Below, in pieces: positions 1 to 8,275 of a stretch of DNA of 64,000 nucleotides. Position numbers and translations under genes: made by a program. The stretch spans positions 106,885 to 170,884 of the forward strand of contig JAMLJG010000003.1 of the NCBI GenBank assembly GCA_023953695.1, in the 5' to 3' direction. Source of the stretch: Kiritimatiellia bacterium (GTDB lineage: Bacteria > Verrucomicrobiota > Kiritimatiellia > CAIVKH01). Every line of letters starts with the position of its first letter. Positions within the stretch are counted from its first letter, which is position 1. Under the pieces are notes generated by a model. That model was not told the DNA's origin. It saw nothing but the letters and a program-made list of their open reading frames with translations, and did not search any database.

Positions 1-729
1 ACGCCCCTGCCCCTCGAGTGGAACAGGCCTCAAATCCGGCGGCAACGGAATGGTTCCTGCAGTCTTGGTTGCCAATGGCGCATCGAGCGCGACGGGCGCT
101 ACAGGCTGGGCCGGCGGCAATTCGCTCTGAGGCAGCGCGACCGTCGGGGGCGCCGGTTCGGCGGGCGGCAACATGGGCAATTGACTTGCAGCGGCTGCGC
201 CGAGCGGAGTGGCGGGGGCGACAGGCTCACGCGTGGCTGAAGTTGGCGCAGAAACGACGGGAATCGGCGCTCCGACTGCGGCCACGGGAGAAACGAGGTC
301 CACAAAAGGACGGCTGACCCAAAGCGTCGCATGGGTGGGTGCAACTTTAAGCCACTCGCCGAACTGACCTCGAACCGGGACGGCCTGGCCGCGATCAATA
401 GAGCCGACGACGGAGTAGTTGATTCCGGGGCCCGCCCGCAGATTCAGCTTGTTGGCTGCGCTGAGCCCATCTTTTACAAAATCAACGTGCGCCCACACAT
501 CCACGCTATCGGGTGGCACAATTTCAACCCACTCGTCCTGCGAGCTGACAACCGAAAGGCGGTCTTCCGCATTCGCTTGCGCGACCACTTCGGACGAGGT
601 GTCCGGCTTTGCGCGAAGATTCACCCGGTCCGTCTTAACGCGCGCAACAAGCTCCGCTGCGCCCGAACTTAAGGTCAGCGCGCCGGTAAATAGTGCGATC
701 AATCGCCATGACGAATTGCATCTCTTCAT
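1..729 (-). CDS. Secreted protein with tandem bacterial SH3 (SH3b)-like domains and a Pro/Ala-rich C-terminal region. Partial: the start codon is at 729 and the ORF runs off the window start
   Basis: Hand translation of the minus strand from ATG 727-729: MKRCNSSWRLIALFTGALTLSSG (signal peptide), then two repeats of the type ...VNLRAKPDTSSEVV.../...LNLRAGPGINYSVVGSI...GEWLKV. Not in the ORF track because it has no in-window stop. Confidence 0.5.
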   Translation of the reverse strand, partial: MKRCNSSWRLIALFTGALTLSSGAAELVARVKTDRVNLRAKPDTSSEVVAQANAEDRLSVVSSQDEWVEIVPPDSVDVWAHVDFVKDGLSAANKLNLRAGPGINYSVVGSIDRGQAVPVRGQFGEWLKVAPTHATLWVSRPFVDLVSPVAAVGAPIPVVSAPTSATREPVAPATPLGAAAASQLPMLPPAEPAPPTVALPQSELPPAQPVAPVALDAPLATKTAGTIPLPPDLRPVPLEGQGR

Positions 730-787
730 AAAAGCGATACTATTCACAAACGTTGAGAGAGCGAAGTGTTTTAATAGCAATTTCTGC

Positions 788-2857
788 ATGTTGAACGAAT
801 TGTATCCCAGTAGGCCTTGGCAGCCCGGCGCGCTCATCCTCCCTCCATGGAAAGCCGAGGGTGGGACGCATGTGGCTCCCTCTTGGCAACTCGGCGCGCA
901 GGCGGGCGTACTTTCCGTTCCGTTCGCGAAGTTTCACTGGAATCTCGAATGGGAAGCGAAGCACACAGTTCTCGTGTCGCCGCACGGGGTGTTCGAGCTG
1001 TCGGCCGATCCCCAAGAGCCGCTCCATTTTTGCGCCTTTTGCCCTGAACCGGGAATCCTCATCGGCGAGTCGAACGCCAGCCACACGCCCAACCTTCACA
1101 CCCCGGAAGGTCATGTGGTGGATCGCGAGGATGGCGAAGAATTGGAAACGGCCGATTCGCTGGTCCGACTCTATTGCCGCGAAAGCAATGGCCGCACATT
1201 CTTCGTCGTGGTCGTCCTGCACGATCAGGCTGGCGATCCCTCCGCGCTCCTCTCGCGCTATGCAGAGGTGGATCCGCTCGAATCACTGCGATCTGCGCTT
1301 GCCCCTTATCAATCTTTCGCTCAACGCCAAACGGGACTTGAGCACGATCAGGCGGACCGCCTCCAATCGCACGTCGCTGCGCTCATCTGCGGCCTGCGCA
1401 GCTCGCGTGATGGAGCCCGCCTCTTTGCGGCTCCCGATGAGTCGGGCAGATTTCAGACACGCCACCTCTACGAACTCGTTATCGCTTGGTCTGAAATCCG
1501 CATCGATTTTGCGCGCGCATTGCTGCACACGCTGCTCAATTTTCAACAGCCCGACGGCGCATTGCCGCGCGCGCTTGACGAACTGGGTTCTCCCGGAATC
1601 GAATCTTTGCACATCCCGCTTCTCGCACATTGTTTTGAGCAGGTTTGGCGGCAGGATCCCGATCGCGCGTGGTTTGATTATGCCGCACCTCGGGTGCAGC
1701 GGCACCTCGAGTTCATTGTCCAATCGTTGGATCCCGATCGAACCGGCCGCCCGCTCTGGCCTTCCCAACTCGACTCACTCGCGCCGGAACTTTTTGAGTC
1801 CGACCTCTACACCCCCGACCTCCCCGCCCTCCTCATCCACGAGATTTCAACGCTCGAAAAGATTGCCGATGCGATTGCCATCCGAAGCCTCAATTTGACC
1901 GATCTGCTGCAATACCGCGATTTGCTTTTGGCACAAATGCGGGAAGTCCTCTGGAGCGCCGAAAAGCAGAGCTTCACAGAGCGCTATGTGGATGATCGCC
2001 CACTGATGCGGCAGGCCATCAATACCCTTCTTCCGCTCATCTGCACAGAGTTGACTCACGACGAGGTCGGCGCGCTGACGAATCTCCTACTCAGCCGACA
2101 GCACTTCCTCGGGAGCACCGGCTTCATCGCGTGGATTCCGTGGGGCACCGTGGCCACTTTGCCTCCCGTTTGGCCGGTTCACCAACTCCTGCTTCTCGAA
2201 GCGCTCGAAGCGCGCCATGCCGTCACGGAAGTGGCAACCGTGCGCGGAATCCTCCTTGCCCATCCTCCAGCCGACACCGCCCTTGCTTGGGATGCACTGG
2301 CCATTCATCTCCTCGCCGTGCCATCCGGCAGCCGATTCAATGCGCGGATTATTTCGCCCGCTCTCCATTGGCTCAATCGCCATCGGCGCGCCACCTTCGC
2401 CACCGCCCTCGCCCTTTTTGCTCTCTTCAACGGCCTAGTCTTCCTCTACTCCTGCACCAAGACAACGCTAACCCCCCAGACGATCGAAACAACGGCAGGT
2501 TTGGCGCGACGCTACTACCAAGAGAAAAACTTTGAGGCATCAGAACAACTCCTGATGCGCATCATTGAAAGCAAGCAGCCCTACCCCACGGCCAACATGG
2601 AAATGGGCAACATCCAATATCGAATGGGGAATTTGACAGAGGCGGAACGCTTCTATCGGATCCCCTCCTCCACACCGCTGGTTCAGGCACAAATGCTCCA
2701 GAATCTCGCCGTCCTCCTCTACGAGCAAGGGCGTACAAATGAAGCCCTGGCCGCATGGAAACAAATTCGCGACGAGTTCTCAGTGCCCGCGCCCCAAGTG
2801 ACAGAACGAGCCAACACGGCGCTGAAACTGCTGGGGGAGATCGGTGCAGGCGAATGA
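788..2857 (+). CDS. Large protein with an N-terminal (alpha/alpha)6-toroid glycoside-hydrolase-like region, one predicted transmembrane helix and C-terminal TPR repeats
   Basis: The ORF track frame spans 419..2857. The likely start is ATG 788 (MLNELYPS...), which follows an AT-rich promoter-like stretch. A hydrophobic segment ATFATALALFALFNGLVFLY sits before the TPR-like C-terminus (YYQEKNFEASEQLL...EALAAWKQI). Confidence 0.45.
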   Translation: MLNELYPSRPWQPGALILPPWKAEGGTHVAPSWQLGAQAGVLSVPFAKFHWNLEWEAKHTVLVSPHGVFELSADPQEPLHFCAFCPEPGILIGESNASHTPNLHTPEGHVVDREDGEELETADSLVRLYCRESNGRTFFVVVVLHDQAGDPSALLSRYAEVDPLESLRSALAPYQSFAQRQTGLEHDQADRLQSHVAALICGLRSSRDGARLFAAPDESGRFQTRHLYELVIAWSEIRIDFARALLHTLLNFQQPDGALPRALDELGSPGIESLHIPLLAHCFEQVWRQDPDRAWFDYAAPRVQRHLEFIVQSLDPDRTGRPLWPSQLDSLAPELFESDLYTPDLPALLIHEISTLEKIADAIAIRSLNLTDLLQYRDLLLAQMREVLWSAEKQSFTERYVDDRPLMRQAINTLLPLICTELTHDEVGALTNLLLSRQHFLGSTGFIAWIPWGTVATLPPVWPVHQLLLLEALEARHAVTEVATVRGILLAHPPADTALAWDALAIHLLAVPSGSRFNARIISPALHWLNRHRRATFATALALFALFNGLVFLYSCTKTTLTPQTIETTAGLARRYYQEKNFEASEQLLMRIIESKQPYPTANMEMGNIQYRMGNLTEAERFYRIPSSTPLVQAQMLQNLAVLLYEQGRTNEALAAWKQIRDEFSVPAPQVTERANTALKLLGEIGAGE

Positions 2858-3103
2858 TCGCGGGACGCCCCAAAAAAAAGAGGGCGCGACGCGCCAAGGA
2901 GGTTGGGGTGAGAGGCCCCAATTGGATAACGCATCAACGCCCTCAAAAATGAATAACGGAACTACGCTACGCTTTATTTTGAACAATTCAAATTAATTTG
3001 CGCTCTCAATGAAAAGAATCGTCATTTTAGGAAACGTTGACGCCAAATCCTTGAAGTCTTACGGTGCACCCCGATTCTGATATTCACTACAAAAGGCCCC
3101 TCT

Positions 3104-3436
3104 ATGATTCGACACTACCTCCTTGTTGCCGCATCGCTGCTCGCCCTGCTCGGGACCAGTGCCTGCTTTCGACACGACAACCGGGTGATCCATGTGAACG
3201 TCCCGCAAATGACCTCGCCCGAATGCTATACGCTTATCCAGAACAAGCTCAAAGAGGTTGAAGGCATCACGAGTTCCAACCCCAATTTCGAAGATCACAC
3301 CATCGCCGTGGCCTACAACGCGCTGAAACTCGGCATCAAGAATGTCGAGTTCACCATTGCATCGGCTGGCTTTGATGCCAATGACACACCGGCCTCTGCC
3401 GAAGCGCGCGCTAAACTTCCCGAAGGCTGCCGGTAA
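3104..3436 (+). CDS. Small lipoprotein with a degenerate heavy-metal-associated (HMA)-like fold
   Basis: Signal peptide with lipobox LLGTSAC. The motif VNVPQMTSPECYTLIQNKLKEVEGI resembles an HMA betaalphabeta pattern, but only a single Cys is present. Confidence 0.35.
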   Translation: MIRHYLLVAASLLALLGTSACFRHDNRVIHVNVPQMTSPECYTLIQNKLKEVEGITSSNPNFEDHTIAVAYNALKLGIKNVEFTIASAGFDANDTPASAEARAKLPEGCR

Positions 3437-3444
3437 TCAAAATC

Positions 3445-4938
3445 ATGAAAATCATCAAGCTGAAGTCGGGCACACCCTTGCCGAAGGATGCCGCCCTGGC
3501 CATTCCCCTGTGGTCCGACGAACCATCGGCACGAAACACCCTGTTCTCCACCCTTCCCGACGGCCTTTGGAATGAAGTGGAGGGATGGATCAAACAGATT
3601 CGCTTCAAAGCGACAGAAGGCTCGTTTTCTCATGGGCGCGTTCTCCTGAAGGAACGCCTCTACGATGTCTTCCTGTTCGGCTGCGGTCCCGGCCATCAAG
3701 CACATGCGGGTATTCTGCGCCGAGCGGGCGGGCGTGCAGCAGTCGAGGCGCAGCGACTGGGCGTGTCCACCGTTGCTCCAGTTTTCCCAGAGCGTACCCT
3801 CACCACCTTTCCGAACAAATGGGTGCGCGCTTTCGCCATTGGTTTCTACGAGGGCACCTATCAACTTCGCCCGTCAAAAGATTCCACCTCCAAACCGCTC
3901 CAACTGGCGTTGCAAAGTAGCGCTCCAGCCGCTCTCTCTGAAGACCTCAAGTGGGGCATTTCCATCGGCAGTGCGATCAACAAAATACGCGATATCGCCA
4001 ACCAGCCCGGAAACCAGGCTCCCCCGCGCGTCATCGCGAATCACGCCCAGGCACTTGCGAAGGAACTCGGCATCTCCTGCTCAATCTGGGATCGAGCAGA
4101 GCTGAAAAAACAGCGCTGCCACGCCATTCTCGCAGTCGGCCAGGGTAGCTCAGAAGAGCCTCGTCTCATCCGCTTGACCTATCCCGGTCGCAAGAAAAAT
4201 CTCCGGCCTCTCGTCGTGGTCGGAAAAACAATCACGTTCGACACAGGCGGCATTTCCCTCAAACCCTCCAAGAACATGGAGTGGATGAAGTTCGATAAAT
4301 GCGGGGGCATGACCGTCCTCGCCTTCATGGCAATAGTCGCATCGGTCATCAAACCCGATCGCCCGGTGATCGGAATCCTCACCTCGGCGGAAAATATGCC
4401 GAGCGGAACCGCAACCCGCCCCGGCGATATCATTCAAAGTCGCAGCGGGAAGACCATCGAGGTCCTCAACACGGATGCGGAAGGACGCCTCGTCCTGGCT
4501 GATGCCCTGGACATTGCATCGGAACTCAAACCTCATTGCATCATTGATTTGGCCACTCTGACTGGTGCGGCATCGGTCGCATTGGGTCGGCCAGCCTCGC
4601 CCATCATGGCGAATGACAACAACCTTCTCAAGAGCCTCCAAGAGGCCGGCGATGCCGTTGGCGATCGCGTGTGGCCTTTGCCGCTCTTTCCCGACTATGA
4701 GCGCATGCTCAACTCGCCCTTCGCCGATCTGAAAAACATCGGCGACGGCAGTGCGGGCACCATCATCGGCGGCACCTTCCTCAAGTTCTTCGTACGCCCA
4801 GATATTCCCTGGGCTCACATTGACCTCACCTCCGCATGGGAAGAACGAGCCACCTCGCATGGACCCGCTGGTGCAACACTCTTTGGCGCAGCGCTCCTTG
4901 CTCAATGGCTCGAATCCATCACCACCAAGACACCATGA
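3445..4938 (+). CDS. pepA: Leucyl aminopeptidase (M17 family)
   Basis: Carries the M17 signature NTDAEGRLVLADAL and is 497 aa. Confidence 0.9.
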   Translation: MKIIKLKSGTPLPKDAALAIPLWSDEPSARNTLFSTLPDGLWNEVEGWIKQIRFKATEGSFSHGRVLLKERLYDVFLFGCGPGHQAHAGILRRAGGRAAVEAQRLGVSTVAPVFPERTLTTFPNKWVRAFAIGFYEGTYQLRPSKDSTSKPLQLALQSSAPAALSEDLKWGISIGSAINKIRDIANQPGNQAPPRVIANHAQALAKELGISCSIWDRAELKKQRCHAILAVGQGSSEEPRLIRLTYPGRKKNLRPLVVVGKTITFDTGGISLKPSKNMEWMKFDKCGGMTVLAFMAIVASVIKPDRPVIGILTSAENMPSGTATRPGDIIQSRSGKTIEVLNTDAEGRLVLADALDIASELKPHCIIDLATLTGAASVALGRPASPIMANDNNLLKSLQEAGDAVGDRVWPLPLFPDYERMLNSPFADLKNIGDGSAGTIIGGTFLKFFVRPDIPWAHIDLTSAWEERATSHGPAGATLFGAALLAQWLESITTKTP

Positions 4939-5837
4939 GCGCCCTGCCACCCGTCCTCACAAGCATCGAACTCCCCGGCGTGCCACACCTCTATAGCGGC
5001 AAGGTCCGCGAGGTCTTCGACGCAGGCGAACACCTTCTGTTTGTCGCAACCGATCGGATTTCCGCATTCGACTGCATCCTGCCCACCGGCGTGCCCGCCA
5101 AAGGCCACGTCCTCAATCAGCTCTCCGCCTGGTGGTTCAATCACCTCCGCAACGAAGGCCCCAATCACGTCGTCTCAACCGACATCCGCGATTACCCCGC
5201 CGACCTGCGCCGACATGAAGCCGTCCTCCGCGGCCGTTCCATGCTCGTTCGGAAGGCCACCGTGATCCCCGTCGAGTGCATTGCGCGCGGCTACCTCATC
5301 GGCTCCGGTTGGAAAGACTACACCCGCACAGGCTCTGTCGGCGGAAACACGCTCCGACCCGGATACCAACTGGCGGATCAGTTGGACGAAGCGATCTTCA
5401 CCCCCGCCCACAAAGCCACAACCGGGCACGATGAAAACATCTCCTTCGACGAAATGGTCGAGCGCATAGGCCGCCCGCAGGCCGAAGCGCTTCGCGAATG
5501 GACCTTGCGCCTGTACCGACGAGGCGCCGCTCACGCGGCATCGCGCGGCTTGATCCTTGCGGACACGAAGTTTGAATTCGGGCTGTATAAGGGCGCGCTC
5601 ATTCTCCTCGACGAAGCCCTGACGCCCGACAGCTCACGCTACTGGCCTGCCGACTCGTATGCCCCCGGCTCCTCACCGCCCTCGTTCGACAAACAGTACG
5701 TCCGCGACTACTTGGAATCCCTCGATTGGGACAAGCGCCCTCCCGCGCCCATCCTCCCGTCTGAAGTCGCCGAACGAACCAGCGCAAAATATCTCGAAGC
5801 CTTTGAGCGATTGACCGGATCCACCCTCGCGATCTAG
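4935..5837 (+). CDS. purC: Phosphoribosylaminoimidazole-succinocarboxamide (SAICAR) synthase
   Basis: The start is the internal ATG at 4935 (MSALPPVLTS...), giving an ATGA overlap with pepA. Motifs GKVREVFD and LLFVATDRISAFD match PurC. Confidence 0.9.
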   Translation: MSALPPVLTSIELPGVPHLYSGKVREVFDAGEHLLFVATDRISAFDCILPTGVPAKGHVLNQLSAWWFNHLRNEGPNHVVSTDIRDYPADLRRHEAVLRGRSMLVRKATVIPVECIARGYLIGSGWKDYTRTGSVGGNTLRPGYQLADQLDEAIFTPAHKATTGHDENISFDEMVERIGRPQAEALREWTLRLYRRGAAHAASRGLILADTKFEFGLYKGALILLDEALTPDSSRYWPADSYAPGSSPPSFDKQYVRDYLESLDWDKRPPAPILPSEVAERTSAKYLEAFERLTGSTLAI

Positions 5838-5842
5838 GAAGC

Positions 5843-6730
5843 ATGCAGGTTCTGCTCGACCAGTTTCTCGACTACATCACCCTTGAAAAAGGGCTCACCT
5901 CAAACACCCGTTCCGCCTATGCCTCGGATCTCGTGCGGTTCCTCGCCTTTATTCAGCGCGCGGGCGTGGCCTTGCTCAACAAACTAACGCGACGCCACAT
6001 TCTCGACTATCTGATGTGGGAAAAGGAGCAAGGACTTGCCGCGCCATCTCTTTCGCGCCGCCTCGTTGCGATTCGTGTCTTCCTTCGCTATTTGCAACAA
6101 GAAGGCATGCTCAGCGCCAATGTCACCGAGACCATGGATTCGCCCAAGCTCTGGAAGCTCCTGCCCGCCACGCTGACTACCGCCGAAGTCGAGCGGCTTC
6201 TGCAAACACCACGCCTCGATAAACCCCTCGGCCTCCGCAACCGCGCCCTACTTGAAACGCTCTACGGAACTGGCCTCCGCGTCTCAGAACTCGCCTCCCT
6301 GAAATTGGAAGATATCCAGTTCGATGCCGGCTATCTGCGCTGCCTCGGCAAGGGGCGAAAGGAGCGCGTTGTCCCACTCGGCGGAGCCGCAGCAACCTAT
6401 CTAAAGAAGTATTTGAATGAAGCGCGCGCTCAACTCGATCGCGTCAAGCAATCCGAGTTTGTTTTTCTTTCCACGCGCGGCCAAGCGCTGAGCCGCAAAA
6501 CCATCTGGCAACTCATCCGCCGATGCACGCGAGAAGCCGGAATCACGAAGAATGTGTCACCGCACACCCTTCGCCACTCCTTCGCCAGCCACCTGCTTGC
6601 GAACAATGCGCCGCTCCGCGTCATTCAGGAAATGCTCGGCCATGCCGACATCGCCACCACGCAAATCTACACCCATGTGGACGCCCCTCGTCTTCAGCAA
6701 ATCCACCGCCAATACCATCCCCGCGCATGA
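5843..6730 (+). CDS. Tyrosine site-specific recombinase, XerC/XerD family
   Basis: N-terminal SAM-like domain (TLEKGLTSNTRSAYASDL) and a C-terminal catalytic region (LRHSFASHLL...LGHADIATTQIYTHV). Confidence 0.85.
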   Translation: MQVLLDQFLDYITLEKGLTSNTRSAYASDLVRFLAFIQRAGVALLNKLTRRHILDYLMWEKEQGLAAPSLSRRLVAIRVFLRYLQQEGMLSANVTETMDSPKLWKLLPATLTTAEVERLLQTPRLDKPLGLRNRALLETLYGTGLRVSELASLKLEDIQFDAGYLRCLGKGRKERVVPLGGAAATYLKKYLNEARAQLDRVKQSEFVFLSTRGQALSRKTIWQLIRRCTREAGITKNVSPHTLRHSFASHLLANNAPLRVIQEMLGHADIATTQIYTHVDAPRLQQIHRQYHPRA

Positions 6731-7428
6731 TCCTCCGCAGTCCATATCGAGCGCTTGAAACAGCGCTGGGCTACAAATTCCGCCGCCGCCACTGGCTCGA
6801 ACAAGCCCTCACCCACCCCTCCTACTCCCACGAACACGCCGACGATATCCCCGACAACCAGCGCCTCGAGTTCCTGGGCGATGCCGCGCTCGGGCTCGTC
6901 ACCGCCGCCGTCCTCTACGAGGCGAACCCCGACCTCGCAGAAGGCGAGCTCACCAAAATGCGCAGCCTGCTGAGCAGCACCAAAGCTCTCGCACAAATGG
7001 CGCAGGAAGTCGGACTCGGTCCCTTCTTGCGGCTCGGTCACGGCGAAGAAATCAGCGGCGGCCGCGAACGCGCCTCGATCCTGGCCGATGCTCTCGAAGC
7101 CGTAATCGGAGCGGCCTATCAAGATGGCGCCCTGAAAGCGGTCTCTCGAATCTTCAAGAAGGTCTTCGTCCCTCACATTCCCACCGCCGAAGAAGGCGCA
7201 ACCATGGAGAATCCCAAGGGCCTCTTGCAAGAACATGCCCAGCGATCCGGCAATGGCATACCTCGTTACATTATTACAAAAGAAGAAGGCCCCGCCCATC
7301 AGAAGACCTTCACCATCGAAGTCTATATTAAAGACGAACTCTTAGGTGTCGGCACCGGAAGCACAAAGCGCGAGGCTCAAGTGCAAGCCGCCCTTCATGC
7401 GCTAAAGAAGTTTACAGAGCGCCAATAA
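6727..7428 (+). CDS. rnc: Ribonuclease III
   Basis: Starts at ATG 6727, overlapping the xer stop as ATGA. Has the ERLEFLGDA RNase III signature and a C-terminal dsRBD (STKREAQVQAALHALKKF). Confidence 0.9.
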   Translation: MILRSPYRALETALGYKFRRRHWLEQALTHPSYSHEHADDIPDNQRLEFLGDAALGLVTAAVLYEANPDLAEGELTKMRSLLSSTKALAQMAQEVGLGPFLRLGHGEEISGGRERASILADALEAVIGAAYQDGALKAVSRIFKKVFVPHIPTAEEGATMENPKGLLQEHAQRSGNGIPRYIITKEEGPAHQKTFTIEVYIKDELLGVGTGSTKREAQVQAALHALKKFTERQ

Positions 7429-7542
7429 TTATATTGGCAACATCCCCATCTTCCAGAAGGCCTGAAATCAAATCCTATTGCGCACCCGCAAGAGAACAGT
7501 AGACTCATCTCACTGTTCTTAAGAACATGGAAAAGGAGAACT

Positions 7543-7950
7543 ATGCCAAAGAATAAGTCAAATCTAACTCTCGCAGAACTACTCAACGCGCTGAATCGTC
7601 ATCGCAAGAAGCTTCCCGCCCTTCACAAAAAGGCGGACGCACTTCGCAAGAAACTGGCGGCAGTCGAAGCGGAAATCGCGGCCCTCGGCGGCATCCCTTC
7701 CTCCGGCGCGAAACGCCGCGCGCCAGCCGGATCGAGACGCCCACGCAACAAAACCAATCTGGGCGACGCCATCGTAGCGGTCCTCTCCAAAGACAAGCCG
7801 CTCTCCATTGCGGAGATCATTGCTGCCGTCAAAATGAATGGCTACTCGACCACCTCGGATAACTTCAGCACCATCGTCTACCAAGCCATCGCGCGCGAGA
7901 AGAGGCGCATCGCGAAGGCCAGCCGCGGACTTTATGTCCTCAAAAGCTGA
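7543..7950 (+). CDS. Hypothetical small basic protein, coiled-coil N-terminus plus putative winged-helix C-terminal domain (possible DNA-binding protein)
   Basis: Strong RBS GGAAAAGGAGAACT-ATG. Lys/Arg-rich sequence with a heptad-like N-terminus and an LGDAIVAVL...IAEIIAAV...YQAIARE segment. Confidence 0.5.
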   Translation: MPKNKSNLTLAELLNALNRHRKKLPALHKKADALRKKLAAVEAEIAALGGIPSSGAKRRAPAGSRRPRNKTNLGDAIVAVLSKDKPLSIAEIIAAVKMNGYSTTSDNFSTIVYQAIAREKRRIAKASRGLYVLKS

Positions 7951-8014
7951 AAAATTGATCGCGTTCTCTTGACTTACCGGAGGGGTTGGTTATCTTCGCC
8001 CCTGCCTTAAAGGT

Positions 8015-8089
8015 TCCGGCGTAGCTCAATGGTAGAGCAGGGCGCTGTTAACGCCAAGGTTGTAGGTTCGAGCCCTACCGCCGGAGCCA
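8015..8089 (+). tRNA. tRNA-Asn (anticodon GTT)
   Basis: Cloverleaf by hand. Acceptor TCCGGCG/CGCCGGA, D-arm GCTCAATGGTAGAGC, anticodon loop CTGTTAA, T-arm GTAGGTTCGAGCCCTAC and a 3' GCCA end. Confidence 0.85.
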
Positions 8090-8275
8090 TTTCCTTGGGC
8101 ATCCCCTTCCCCTTCTCGTCAATTGCCCCGCACTCCGCCCTGCATGCGGATGGCTCCATTCCGCCGGAGATGGGGAGAAAATCATGCCGGGCCGCATGAT
8201 CCTCTGCGCTAACCGATTGACCCGATCCACGCATCGCGCTACTCTCCGCCTCTTTCCGCTTAAAGGATAACCGAC

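Noticed and set aside
2871-2895. An A8 tract followed by the GGCGCGACGCGCC hairpin. On the minus strand this reads as a good intrinsic terminator (a hairpin plus T8).
   Set aside because: No minus-strand gene ends upstream of it. On the plus strand the hairpin follows the 788..2857 stop but lacks a U-tract. It may be a weak or bidirectional terminator, but it cannot be assigned.
5843-8089. A tyrosine recombinase next to a tRNA-Asn gene, which could mark an integrated element.
   Set aside because: The recombinase has the XerC/XerD chromosomal dimer-resolution architecture. It sits in a housekeeping string (purC-xer-rnc) with ATGA overlaps. No direct repeat of the tRNA 3' end and no phage or transposon genes are visible nearby.
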